Numbered from the stretch's first letter, positions 7,147 through 16,665 are shown. The stretch is DNA of 30,337 nucleotides from a virus (IMGVR_UViG_3300006114_000763:1-30337), one strand, 5' to 3'. Numbers and translations are program-made. The notes: generated by a model from the sequence alone, not told the origin.

Positions 7147-7760
7147 ACGAACTTGAAAAACGATTAGTTGATATCACATATCAAGAAAAACTAAGCCACC
7201 TTAGCAGTACACTTAGTGCGCTGCCTATTATTGAAGAAATCTACGCAAAACGTCGAAACGACGAAGTGTTTATTCTCAGCAATGGACACGCAGGGCTGGC
7301 CTTGTATGTAGTTCTGGAAAAATACTACGGTGTTGATCCAGTAGAAATGATACACAAACATGGCATCCATCCAGGAAAAGATTTGCCTAATCATTTGTAT
7401 TGCTCAACAGGCAGTCTAGGTAGTGGTCTTCCTGTTGCTGTTGGACACGCATTGGCCACACCTGATAAGAAAGTCTACTGTATGATCAGTGATGGTGAAG
7501 CCGCAGAAGGTAGTATTTGGGAAAGTCTACGCTTTATTCAAGAGCATCCTGTTGACAATCTAGAAGTATATGTTAATATTAATGGTCTAAGTGCATATGA
7601 TCCTGTGGACATCGAATATCTAACAGCAAGATTAAAGGCATTCTTGCCACGCATTAATATTCGTATTAGTACACCACCGAGTTGGTCGTTTGCTCAAGAC
7701 CTATTGACACATTACTATGTGCTGAAAGACAACGATTATAAAGAGGTATTAGCATCATGA
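7143..7760 (+). CDS. Transketolase-like protein, N-terminal TPP-binding subunit
   Basis: SNGHAG, STGSLGSGL and the SDGE..EG..WE...N TPP-binding motif. Confidence 0.88.
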   Translation: MNELEKRLVDITYQEKLSHLSSTLSALPIIEEIYAKRRNDEVFILSNGHAGLALYVVLEKYYGVDPVEMIHKHGIHPGKDLPNHLYCSTGSLGSGLPVAVGHALATPDKKVYCMISDGEAAEGSIWESLRFIQEHPVDNLEVYVNINGLSAYDPVDIEYLTARLKAFLPRINIRISTPPSWSFAQDLLTHYYVLKDNDYKEVLAS

Positions 7761-8239
7761 GAAAAGAATGTGCTCAACTATTGTTAGAAGAAATGTCAGT
7801 GAACGACCGTATCCGAGTTGTTACTGCTGATTTGGGATTTGGTATTCTGGATCACATTCGCAATGCTTATCCGGATCAATTTTATAATGTAGGCGCCGCC
7901 GAACAACTCATGATTGGTGTAGGTATCGGTATGGCTGAACAAGGATTGATTCCAGTTTGCTATTCGATGAGTTCGTTCTTATTGTATCGCCCTTTTGAGT
8001 TCTTGCGTAACTATGTCAACTATGAAAAGATTCCAGTCAAACTACTTGGATCTGGCAGAGACTATGATTACAGTCACGATGGTGTTACACACTGGGCACA
8101 TGATGATGAAGCAGTATTAAGTTCATTGCCTAACATCGACATCTATAAACCTAAAACCCTTGAGGATTTGAACACAGATTTTGCGGAATGGATCAACAGT
8201 GACCGTCCTGCTTACTTAAACTTAACGAGAAAACTATGA
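7757..8239 (+). CDS. Transketolase-like protein, pyrimidine-binding subunit
   Basis: TADLG, NVGAAEQ and GVTHWA motifs; it ends at PAYLNL without the usual C-terminal domain. Confidence 0.85.
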   Translation: MRKECAQLLLEEMSVNDRIRVVTADLGFGILDHIRNAYPDQFYNVGAAEQLMIGVGIGMAEQGLIPVCYSMSSFLLYRPFEFLRNYVNYEKIPVKLLGSGRDYDYSHDGVTHWAHDDEAVLSSLPNIDIYKPKTLEDLNTDFAEWINSDRPAYLNLTRKL

Positions 8240-9186
8240 ACACCAAAGTTGTATATGTAACTGGTTGTTTAGGTTTTATTGGATATCACGTTACCAAGGC
8301 CTGCCTAAATCAAGGTTGGTATGTGCGTGGTGTAGATAAAATGACCTATGCTGCCAATGTTAATCTATTGCCCGAGTTAGAAAAATATGGCAATAAGTTT
8401 ATTTTTGAAAATAAAGATATTAATGATTTAGATATTCTGTATGAATGTGACTATGTGATTAACACCGCAGCAGAGACTCATGTAGATAACTCTATTGCCA
8501 GTAGTGAAGTATTTGTTCGTAGTAACATTGACGGTGTTCATCATTTGTTGGAACTTATTAAACAAAAGCATAAGTTTAAAATGCCTACATTGTTACACTT
8601 TAGTACAGATGAAGTATATGGTGATATTGTTGAAGGATTTCATAGTGAAACAGATTTGTTGAAACCCAGCAATCCTTATAGTGCTACCAAGGCTGCTGCC
8701 GATATGCTGGTCACTGCTTGGGCAAGAACCTATGGAGTTCCTTATGTTATTGTTCGTCCTACCAACAACTATGGCATTGGGCAGTATACAGAAAAGTTTA
8801 TTCCTCACACAATCAAATATTTAAGCCTAGGTAAACCGGCTCCTTTGCACGATGCGGGAACACCTAGACGCACTTGGTTACATGCCAGCGATACTGCTAG
8901 TGCTATTATCACTATTATCAATCACGGTGTTACTAATGAAATTTATAACATCTCGGGCAACTATGAAGAGTCTAATCTAACAGTGGCAAAGATGATTATC
9001 AAGGGCATGGGACTTAAAGGAGATCCTATGCAATACCTAGATACTAGTATTCGCCGAGCTGGTCAGGATGTGCGGTATGCTATCGATGACACTAAACTAC
9101 AAGATCTAGGATGGAATCCTGTGGCTGATTTTTCTAAAGAACTTAAATCTATTATTAAGTATTATACCAAGAACTTTATTTGGTAA
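8236..9186 (+). CDS. rfbB: dTDP-glucose 4,6-dehydratase
   Basis: TGCLGFIG, AAETHVDNS, STDEVYG, PYSATKA, NNYG and R.GQD.RYA motifs. Confidence 0.9.
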   Translation: MNTKVVYVTGCLGFIGYHVTKACLNQGWYVRGVDKMTYAANVNLLPELEKYGNKFIFENKDINDLDILYECDYVINTAAETHVDNSIASSEVFVRSNIDGVHHLLELIKQKHKFKMPTLLHFSTDEVYGDIVEGFHSETDLLKPSNPYSATKAAADMLVTAWARTYGVPYVIVRPTNNYGIGQYTEKFIPHTIKYLSLGKPAPLHDAGTPRRTWLHASDTASAIITIINHGVTNEIYNISGNYEESNLTVAKMIIKGMGLKGDPMQYLDTSIRRAGQDVRYAIDDTKLQDLGWNPVADFSKELKSIIKYYTKNFIW

Positions 9187-9202
9187 GTTAGATAAGTACT
9201 TG

Positions 9203-9913
9203 ATGCTTACAACAATTCTATATACACTCATAGTCACACATATTACCATAGTATGTGTGACTTTATTTTTACACCGTGGTCAAACACATCGAGGGATAGA
9301 GTTTCATCCTATACTCAGTCACTTTATGCGACTTTGGCTATGGCTAACAACTGGTATGGTTACTAAACAATGGGTGGCCATACATCGCAAACATCACAGA
9401 TTCAGTGACCAAGAAGGAGATCCACATACTCCTCACATATATGGTATATGGCGTGTATTGTTTACTGGTGCAGTATTTTATTCACGATCCGCACGGGATC
9501 AAGCACTAGTAGAACAATACGGAGCAGGTACTCCTGATGATTGGATTGAACGCAACATATATACACCCTATAACTTCTTAGGTATTGTAATCATGTTGGC
9601 CATTGATCTAGCACTCTTTGGCAGCATAGGCTTAATAGTATGGGCAGTACAAATGTATTGGATTCCATTCTTTGCCGCAGGTGTTATTAACGGTGTTGCC
9701 CATTATATAGGATATCGTAATGGCGAAACTCGAGACCAAAGTCGTAACATCAGTCCTTGGGGTATTATTATAGGTGGCGAAGAACTACACAATAACCATC
9801 ATTTAGATCCAGCAAATCCTAAACTGAGCCGTCGTTGGTTTGAGTTTGATATAGGATGGATGTGGTTTAAAATATTTAATTTACTGGGTATTGCAAAATT
9901 GCGTTCACAATAA
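9203..9913 (+). CDS. Membrane delta-9 acyl-CoA/acyl-lipid fatty acid desaturase
   Basis: His boxes HRGQTH, HRKHH and GEELHNNHH, plus hydrophobic segments. Confidence 0.9.
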   Translation: MLTTILYTLIVTHITIVCVTLFLHRGQTHRGIEFHPILSHFMRLWLWLTTGMVTKQWVAIHRKHHRFSDQEGDPHTPHIYGIWRVLFTGAVFYSRSARDQALVEQYGAGTPDDWIERNIYTPYNFLGIVIMLAIDLALFGSIGLIVWAVQMYWIPFFAAGVINGVAHYIGYRNGETRDQSRNISPWGIIIGGEELHNNHHLDPANPKLSRRWFEFDIGWMWFKIFNLLGIAKLRSQ

Positions 9914-9971
9914 TCTTAGTGTAATATAGTAAGACTTAAATATTGTTGTATAACACAACAACACCTACACC

Positions 9972-11033
9972 ATGTCAAAAAAAGTCTTATTCATTCTCAA
10001 ACGTCGTGAAGATTATAATGCTATCACACACTCACATATCGGTCTAAGTACAGGACTTTATAACTCTGCTAACTTCATGAATGAAATGTTAGCAAACAAC
10101 GGAGTTGAAAGTAACCTAGAAGTTGCTATTGATAACAACTGTATTGATAGGCTGGTAAACAAACATAAACCCACTCATGTTATTATTGAAGCATTATGGG
10201 TAGTGCCTCAGAAGTTTGTTATATTACAAAAACTACACCCTAATGTAAAATGGATCATACGCCTGCACAGCGAAATGCCGTTTATGGCTGGAGAAGGTAT
10301 GGCCATGGATTGGTTAGGTGATTACGGTCTGTTAAAGAATGTTATCATCGGGGTTAATGCTCCTCGTATGATGCGTGAAGTTAGAATGTATTTGCAGATT
10401 AAAAATAGTTGGACAGATAAACAAGCCGACGAGCGTGTTATCTATATGCCTAACTTCTATCCACAGGACTATGCTAAACCTAAAAAGATAGATAAGAAAA
10501 AAGATACTATCGATATTAGTTGTTTTGGTGCTATCCGTCCCTTGAAGAATCATTTATTGCAGGCCTTTGCTGCTATAGACTTTGCTAATAGTATTGGCAA
10601 GAAACTACAGTTCCATGTAAATGCTGGACGTATTGAAATGCAAGGACAGTCTGCACAGAATAATCTTCGTGGATTATTTGAACAACTTATAGATCAAGGG
10701 CATGAACTAGTTAATCATCAGTGGTGCCCGAGGGAAGATTTTTTAAAAATCTGTAGTCAAATGGATATCGGTATGCAATGTAACTTCAGTGAAACATTTA
10801 ACATTGTATCAGCGGACTTGATTAGTCAGGGTGTACCTATTGTAGGCTGTACTGAAATACCGTGGGCAACAAATCCTTGGTGTGCTGATCCAACAAGCAG
10901 TAAAGAAATGGCAGAGAAGTTAAAATCTGCATACACATGGTCATGGGCTAATGTTAAAACAAATCAAATAAGTTTAACAAAATATACAAATACTACAGTT
11001 AAAATCTGGACTAAATATTTCAAAGGGAACTAA
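9972..11033 (+). CDS. Putative GT-B (family 4-like) glycosyltransferase
   Basis: FGAIRPLKN and SETFNIVSADLISQGVPIV resemble the GT4 donor-binding motifs. Confidence 0.6.
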   Translation: MSKKVLFILKRREDYNAITHSHIGLSTGLYNSANFMNEMLANNGVESNLEVAIDNNCIDRLVNKHKPTHVIIEALWVVPQKFVILQKLHPNVKWIIRLHSEMPFMAGEGMAMDWLGDYGLLKNVIIGVNAPRMMREVRMYLQIKNSWTDKQADERVIYMPNFYPQDYAKPKKIDKKKDTIDISCFGAIRPLKNHLLQAFAAIDFANSIGKKLQFHVNAGRIEMQGQSAQNNLRGLFEQLIDQGHELVNHQWCPREDFLKICSQMDIGMQCNFSETFNIVSADLISQGVPIVGCTEIPWATNPWCADPTSSKEMAEKLKSAYTWSWANVKTNQISLTKYTNTTVKIWTKYFKGN

Positions 11034-11034
11034 A

Positions 11035-11229
11035 ATGGCAAGACATCGAGTAAGATCGCATCAATGGGAAAACGGAAGATTACGAATCACCGATACTTGG
11101 TTTGAAGAGTTTGAAGATGCATTTTCATTTGCAAATAACTTAAGAGAAGCACATAGTGTTAAGGTTTTTAACGATGACGGGGCAGTTGTACACTCTGGAA
11201 AGCCTGCACCTGTTGATACCTACGCTTAA
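11035..11229 (+). CDS. Hypothetical protein
   Basis: AAGGGA RBS; directly follows the upstream gene. Confidence 0.6.
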   Translation: MARHRVRSHQWENGRLRITDTWFEEFEDAFSFANNLREAHSVKVFNDDGAVVHSGKPAPVDTYA

Positions 11230-11378
11230 CGCTTACACATCGGCTTAATGCCGTTCATATGTATGCCGACAATGTCCTTGATGTTATCGGCATTTCCTAT
11301 TACAAAGTAAGGCCAAAAGTAAGCCATAACGAATCCAGCCGCGCACTGGTCTAATAAAGTGTCTAAGTATGTGTTCAT
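11226..11378 (-). CDS. Small hypothetical protein (50 aa) with a hydrophobic segment
   Basis: Hand-translated ORF starting 1 nt after the lysin stop and filling the gap. Confidence 0.35.
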   Translation of the reverse strand: MNTYLDTLLDQCAAGFVMAYFWPYFVIGNADNIKDIVGIHMNGIKPMCKR

Positions 11379-11379
11379 A

Positions 11380-12048
11380 TTAAGCCCGTTTAATAATGTT
11401 CATAATACCAGCAAATGTTTGGCTGCGGTCTTCTAATCCGTGTAGTCCAGAATTAATGTGACGAGTAACTGCTGATGTATCACTAAAGTTAGTGACTTTG
11501 TTGGCCACATGATTTTGCCAATACCATACTGCTACTTTGGCAGCAACATCTAGACGCTCTACTAGTTCGGGATGATTAACTAGGTCCAGGCCCAGGGCTT
11601 TACCAGCACGGGCATAGTTATCTCTACCTGTTAGTTGAATATATCCACGACCGTGGTACTTGGCACCATCACCTGCTTGTGTGTTGCCCAGCATTTTGGC
11701 CTTGCGTGGATTTACCTTGGGATCATATTTCTTGAAGTCTAACTTGCCACCCTTCTCGCCCATACTGGTAAAGTTAGCAGTTTCGTGAGCACATTGGGCA
11801 ACAAACTGAGCAAGTTCAACGCCGCGTATGCCCGACTGATGTCCAGCCTTGATCAGTGCCTGTGCTTCGGGCTTGTTGAGTAAATGAACGATTTTGGTGT
11901 CGTTGGGAGCAGGTTGCGGGGTGGGCTGCGGTGCGGGTTGATGTTTTGCTTGGGCACTGCCGGCAGCACCTAAAGCGGCAGAACCAACGAGTCCTCCCAA
12001 AAATCCTCTACGACTAATATCCTCGTCAATGACTTCGTTAATTCTCAT
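11380..12048 (-). CDS. Glycoside hydrolase family 19 lysin/chitinase-like protein with a twin-arginine-like N-terminus
   Basis: AQCAHET, YHGRGYIQLTGRDNY, TRHINSG and GLEDR motifs; SRRGFL followed by a hydrophobic stretch and AQA. Confidence 0.88.
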   Translation of the reverse strand: MRINEVIDEDISRRGFLGGLVGSAALGAAGSAQAKHQPAPQPTPQPAPNDTKIVHLLNKPEAQALIKAGHQSGIRGVELAQFVAQCAHETANFTSMGEKGGKLDFKKYDPKVNPRKAKMLGNTQAGDGAKYHGRGYIQLTGRDNYARAGKALGLDLVNHPELVERLDVAAKVAVWYWQNHVANKVTNFSDTSAVTRHINSGLHGLEDRSQTFAGIMNIIKRA

Positions 12049-12079
12049 AGTGATATTTATTGTAAATTAACAATAAATC

Positions 12080-12691
12080 TTATTCGTAGTCCTGTCTCAA
12101 ATCTGGATCAATTAGTTGTCCCTGCATCAAATATAAAGGACTTTTACGATAAATCCAAACATCATGGAATGGATCTGTTAGGATTTTAATACACCAAGTA
12201 ATGGCCACTCTGCGTGTTTGTATAGCAGTTAGTTGAACCATTCTAAAAGCAATGGCAATGACACCTAACCATAACCAACCTATACCCACACGATTTAGGA
12301 ATGTTTCGGCATCTTGGTGTGGTACTAGATAGTTCATAAACTCTAGATCAAAATAAGCCAGTATGGGCACTAGCACAAAGCAAGACATCAATACTCGTTT
12401 GCGTTTTAGATTAAATCCTACTTTGATTTTTTCTTTATAATCAAAAGTGGCTTTATTGTATTCATCGTAGCCCTTGGGTTCAAAAAAGAAGTGTCCTGCT
12501 TGACGTGTAGTCATGGCGATTAACCAAGCAATATAAGCACTGACTACAGGATCAATAAACAAATATACATAAGCAATTAAAAAACTCGAAGCCGATATTA
12601 AATGTAAAAACTGATTGATTCTACTGTGATGATAGTATCTATGGTCGTCCCATCGTTGTTCTCGTAAATTAGACAATATATCTTTAATCAT
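12080..12691 (-). CDS. Mpo1-like (DUF962-related) membrane protein
   Basis: YYHHSRINQFLH and QAGHFFFE His motifs with several TM segments. Confidence 0.55.
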   Translation of the reverse strand: MIKDILSNLREQRWDDHRYYHHSRINQFLHLISASSFLIAYVYLFIDPVVSAYIAWLIAMTTRQAGHFFFEPKGYDEYNKATFDYKEKIKVGFNLKRKRVLMSCFVLVPILAYFDLEFMNYLVPHQDAETFLNRVGIGWLWLGVIAIAFRMVQLTAIQTRRVAITWCIKILTDPFHDVWIYRKSPLYLMQGQLIDPDLRQDYE

Positions 12692-12707
12692 ATCTTTCCT
12701 TGTTAAA

Positions 12708-13712
12708 TTAATATTTAGTGGGCACTAGATTATCACGGAAGATGTGCCAGCATTTCTTCCACGACCATTTGTGGCTACGGATTTCTACTCGTTGTCTATC
12801 TAATCTCAATGCTCGATCTATATTAGATTTTAAATCATCACCATAATAGCCTGTAATACCATTTTCGATAATGTCTTTGGGTCCAGGTACATCGTAGCCC
12901 ACTACGGGTGTTCCGCAGGCCAATGACTCTATGATAACAACACCAAATGTATCTGCCTTGCTGGGAAATACAAATACATCAGCATTGGCATAGTATCTTG
13001 CTAGTTTCTCACCAGTCAATGCGCCTACAAAATGTACATCAGGATATCGACGTTCTAACTCTCGACGATATGGGCCATCACCTACTACAACTTTAGTAGC
13101 ACCGTGATATTTTAATTCACAAAAAGCATCTATGTTTTTTTCTTTACTAACACGACCGACATTTAATAATACAGGTCTATTAGGACAGCTCTGACGCAAA
13201 CTACTTCTAAAGACACTACGATCAACACCTCGAGTCCATGCTATAACACCGTTACGAAATCCGTGTTTCTGTAGTTCTTCTACCATAGTCTGTGTAGTGG
13301 TCAACACACGGCCGCTGTGATTGTGAAACCAACTGACATATCTATAGGTCAGCCACTCAGGGATATGATACATCTTCTTTAAGAACTCGGGAAACTTTGT
13401 ATGATAACTGGTATTGAATACTATGTCATGACGCCAGCACCATAGGTTTGCGGCTAGACCCAACGGGCCCTCCGTGGCAATGTGTATATGATCCGGATTA
13501 ATCTCCTTGATCTTCTGACCAATTCTCCACGGCCAGGAAAGTTTAACTTCAGGATAACCAGGAGCGTCAATATGGTGAAACTGCCCGGGGTCAAGATAAA
13601 CAACATCGTAGCCATCAGCCACAGCATGTCGCTCAATATTGGAAAATGTTGTAACCACCCCGTTGATCTGTGTGCGTTCATTATCAGTTATGATGAGGAT
13701 TTTTTTTGACAT
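12708..13712 (-). CDS. GT4 glycosyltransferase (diacylglycerol glycosyltransferase Agt-like)
   Basis: QINGVVTT, HIATEGPLG, YHTKFPE, VGRVSKEKN and DTFGVVIIE motifs. Confidence 0.85.
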   Translation of the reverse strand: MSKKILIITDNERTQINGVVTTFSNIERHAVADGYDVVYLDPGQFHHIDAPGYPEVKLSWPWRIGQKIKEINPDHIHIATEGPLGLAANLWCWRHDIVFNTSYHTKFPEFLKKMYHIPEWLTYRYVSWFHNHSGRVLTTTQTMVEELQKHGFRNGVIAWTRGVDRSVFRSSLRQSCPNRPVLLNVGRVSKEKNIDAFCELKYHGATKVVVGDGPYRRELERRYPDVHFVGALTGEKLARYYANADVFVFPSKADTFGVVIIESLACGTPVVGYDVPGPKDIIENGITGYYGDDLKSNIDRALRLDRQRVEIRSHKWSWKKCWHIFRDNLVPTKY

Positions 13713-13867
13713 TGTGCGGTTACCTTATAGCCACTGTATTTAATACTATATTGTAACGTGGCTGCAGATTGTTCGCAACTGGTTCTATCAGGGAAGGTAA
13801 GAGTTAGAGTTGCAGGAATGTCGTTGGGATTAGTTAGACTTATTGCCACTAGTAACAGCGTCCACAT
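13688..13867 (-). CDS. Small putative exported protein (59 aa, 2 Cys)
   Basis: AAGGAG RBS 7 nt before the ATG, hydrophobic N-terminus MWTLLLVAISL; overlaps both neighbours. Confidence 0.5.
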   Translation of the reverse strand: MWTLLLVAISLTNPNDIPATLTLTFPDRTSCEQSAATLQYSIKYSGYKVTAQCQKKSSS

Positions 13868-14621
13868 CGTCGTGCTCCTTGGTCCAAGTTACTATTTCCC
13901 AACGCCCGTCGTGATGTTCTACTAGGGCAGTCATAGACTCTACCCAGTCTCCATCGTTCATGTAGATGACGTCATCTATCATTTTAATTTCGGCGTGGTG
14001 TATGTGTCCACAAATAACACCATCAAATCCGCGTTTCTTGCAGTACTTGGCTATGTTCTTTTCAAACTGGAACATGAAGTCTGCTGCTTTTTTTACTCTA
14101 TGCTTAAGGAATTTACTAAGACTAAAGTACCCAAAACCCATACGGTGGCGTAGCCAATTAAGTCTGCTATTGAGCCCAAGAACAAAATCATATGCTTTAT
14201 CTCCTAAGAATGCCAGCCATGGTGCTAGTTTAGTAATACCATCAAATAAGTCGCCGTGAGTGACTAGATAATGCTTACCATTGGCACCAATATGTTCAGT
14301 TTGATTATGTATTTCCACCGAACCGAAGCCTAGTCCGTAAGGTATTAGGGGTCTTAAAAATTCATCGTGATTGCCGGCAACATATATAACTCTAGTGCCG
14401 CGTTTGGCGTGGCCTAATATACGGCGTACCACATTGCTGTGGCTTTGTTTCCAGCGCCATTTGTTTTGCTGTATTTTCCAAGCGTCAATAATATCGCCCA
14501 CTAGGTAAAGTGTTTCGCAGGTATTATTTTTAAGAAAGTTATTTAGGGCTTCGGCTTTACAGTCTCTAGTTCCTAAATGGACATCCGAGATGAATATGGA
14601 ACGATAAGTTTTTGGCTTCAT
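13830..14621 (-). CDS. Metallophosphoesterase, LpxH/PlcP family (UDP-2,3-diacylglucosamine diphosphatase-like phospholipase C)
   Basis: SDVHLG, GDIID, GNHD, HGD, GHIH and NDGDWVES motifs. The second ATG was chosen because the first overlaps the late promoter motif. Confidence 0.85.
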   Translation of the reverse strand: MKPKTYRSIFISDVHLGTRDCKAEALNNFLKNNTCETLYLVGDIIDAWKIQQNKWRWKQSHSNVVRRILGHAKRGTRVIYVAGNHDEFLRPLIPYGLGFGSVEIHNQTEHIGANGKHYLVTHGDLFDGITKLAPWLAFLGDKAYDFVLGLNSRLNWLRHRMGFGYFSLSKFLKHRVKKAADFMFQFEKNIAKYCKKRGFDGVICGHIHHAEIKMIDDVIYMNDGDWVESMTALVEHHDGRWEIVTWTKEHDDVDAVTSGNKSN

Positions 14622-14665
14622 AGCCATATTTATCGCCCCATTACTGTGTGTAGATTACAGAATTG

Positions 14666-14824
14666 TTAAATCTGAACGGCTGTCCACTTTGGCCCAAAAG
14701 ATTTGCCTTCGGCGCGGTGCTTGAAGATTTTGCGGAATTCTTCTGTACGAAGTTCCTTTTGCTTTTCTACATCGTGTCGGACGCAAGCCTGATACAACTC
14801 TTTTAAAAGTTTCTTTTGTTTCAT
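14666..14824 (-). CDS. Small basic hypothetical protein (52 aa)
   Basis: Strong AAGGAGGA RBS and its own sigma70 promoter. Confidence 0.65.
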   Translation of the reverse strand: MKQKKLLKELYQACVRHDVEKQKELRTEEFRKIFKHRAEGKSFGPKWTAVQI

Positions 14825-14857
14825 AGCAAGTTCCTCCTTAAAATAAACTATATAAAC

Positions 14858-14886
14858 AGTATACACTGTTCTTTTATTTATGTCAA
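14858..14886 (-). promoter_or_regulatory. sigma70 promoter
   Basis: TTGACA-17 nt-TATACT. Confidence 0.65.
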
Positions 14887-14909
14887 GAGAAAAATAATTA
14901 AGTATTATT

Positions 14910-15287
14910 TTAAAAGCGGATTTCAGCACCAATATTGAGATTATGTGCTGTAATGCCTAATTCAATAATAGTATGTGCTCGTAACCAAAGTAGTCTATTA
15001 TCGTGGGACAACCAATCTGAAAAATAATAGTCTCCAACTATAGTCGCTACTTCTGCTATATTAAGTTTACCTTGACTGGGGTGGCGGCCTAATAAGGGAT
15101 TAACTTCGTAGTAATTTTTCCATTTGGGTTTTTGGTATAATACATTTCTTGTAGTTTGGTAGTCTAGTATTTGACTTACCTCACTGGCCACAAACCATGC
15201 TTTTTCTTCATCAGTCCAACCTTCAAACGGCGCCGCATGTGCTAGACATGAAGTCAGTAGCAATAATAAGGCCGTTAGAGTTTTCAT
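14910..15287 (-). CDS. Hypothetical exported/membrane protein
   Basis: Signal peptide ending AHA, an EVNPLLG motif and a C-terminal Phe. Confidence 0.65.
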   Translation of the reverse strand: MKTLTALLLLLTSCLAHAAPFEGWTDEEKAWFVASEVSQILDYQTTRNVLYQKPKWKNYYEVNPLLGRHPSQGKLNIAEVATIVGDYYFSDWLSHDNRLLWLRAHTIIELGITAHNLNIGAEIRF

Positions 15288-15391
15288 TCTTCCATTATGG
15301 ATCTAAGAATAAGCACAACAGCAAAGACTACAAATGCCCAAAAGAGACCTTGGCCCACATCTGATAAAGCATTAACTAGGGCATTAGACAT
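15284..15391 (-). CDS. Small single-TM hypothetical protein (35 aa)
   Basis: Hand-translated as [35 protein letters not shown]; overlaps both neighbours, with an ATGA overlap at the 3' end. Confidence 0.45.
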   Translation of the reverse strand: MSNALVNALSDVGQGLFWAFVVFAVVLILRSIMEE

Positions 15392-16067
15392 TTCTGTACC
15401 ACTCTAATGTACTTTTAACTAGGCTGTCTATGCTGTTGACCAAAGGAACACCGTACATTTCTTCTTCGGTAATGGCCAAGGGCAACTCTGTACAGCCCAA
15501 TACCACTGCGTCTGCTCCTCGATCGATTAGATTTTTAATCACTATGTTGAGTATGTCTTGAGCACTAGTTGTATCTCCGGCTTTGACATAATCGATAGCA
15601 GGCTGTACATATACATCCATTTCATATTGACTAGGTACTATACAGTTCCAACCCCGAGACTCTAACATCGTTTGATATAGTCCGAACTCTATTGTAGACT
15701 GAGTTCCCATGATACCAATAGTACCTGTGACATTTTGTTTGTTTAGTTGTACTGCTACACTTTCTACAATGTGTAATATAGGCACACCCTGATCGCTCAT
15801 TTGATCGTACCAAAAGTGTGCGGTATTACAAGGTATAACAATATGTGTGCATCCAGCAGATTTGAGTCCTTGGATACCTCTTAGAAGTCCTTCTAACGGT
15901 TCATTGGTACCTGCTCTTAATGCTAGACTGCGGTCTGGTATAGTAGGATCGCTCCACAATACTGTAGGTATATGTTCTTGGTCACATGTTGCCGGAGTCT
16001 GCTCAATCAAACGTCTTAGGAACTCCGAACTAGCCGCAGGTCCCATTCCACCGAGTATGCCTAACAT
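15384..16067 (-). CDS. PLP-independent aspartate/glutamate racemase family protein (RacX/YgeA-like)
   Basis: GILGGMGP, PCNTAH and LGCTELP; both catalytic Cys present. Confidence 0.92.
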   Translation of the reverse strand: MLGILGGMGPAASSEFLRRLIEQTPATCDQEHIPTVLWSDPTIPDRSLALRAGTNEPLEGLLRGIQGLKSAGCTHIVIPCNTAHFWYDQMSDQGVPILHIVESVAVQLNKQNVTGTIGIMGTQSTIEFGLYQTMLESRGWNCIVPSQYEMDVYVQPAIDYVKAGDTTSAQDILNIVIKNLIDRGADAVVLGCTELPLAITEEEMYGVPLVNSIDSLVKSTLEWYRNV

Positions 16068-16068
16068 A

Positions 16069-16665
16069 TTATTTGGCCTTATAGAGTATATTACTTGCTA
16101 CATTTAGTACAGGAGTTGTAGCATCTAGATCCTTAGGTTCTTCTTTCCAACCTACTGAAATCTGACCAATAAACAGTCCAGGTTCAGCAGGCACACTGAT
16201 ACGACACATATAGTTAACACCACTTTCCTTGTAGACGAATCCTAGGTAACTTTGTGCTGTCTTGTATTCACTACAGGGAACCTTGCCACTCATTAGGCCA
16301 ATAACATCATTGTTGTTATTATAGTTTTTGGTTAGCAGTCCTACATCATAACCATCGTAGTCTTTGTTATGACCACCTTTACGTGTGACAAAATACACTA
16401 GCTTTCTAGTATTAAGCAATGTGTTTACTTCGAATATTGCTACTAATTCTGCTTCGCTATGTTTGAATATGAAATCGGTAGCTTCTCTATATTGACCATT
16501 CATATGTGGCAACTGTTGCTGAGCCCTATAACTGGCCATGAATGAATCTTTCTCAGTGTAGACAAACCAAGCACCGCCGAACATCAGTACTACTGCAAAT
16601 AGTACTAATACTCGTGCAGGGCTTTGGCCTACCCACTCTAATATATTAAGAAAGATTTTGTCCAT
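16069..16665 (-). CDS. T4 gpT-like holin (single TM + periplasmic domain)
   Basis: Colinear resemblance to T4 holin T as recalled: RV..TM..DSF..Y, SEA..A.[FY], NYM, G.I..W and C-terminal IL..AK. Confidence 0.6.
   Translation of the reverse strand: MDKIFLNILEWVGQSPARVLVLFAVVLMFGGAWFVYTEKDSFMASYRAQQQLPHMNGQYREATDFIFKHSEAELVAIFEVNTLLNTRKLVYFVTRKGGHNKDYDGYDVGLLTKNYNNNNDVIGLMSGKVPCSEYKTAQSYLGFVYKESGVNYMCRISVPAEPGLFIGQISVGWKEEPKDLDATTPVLNVASNILYKAK

Noticed and set aside
14844-14870. CAGT/ACTG inverted repeat over the promoter as a LexA box
   Set aside because: It does not fit CTG-N10-CAG spacing or orientation.
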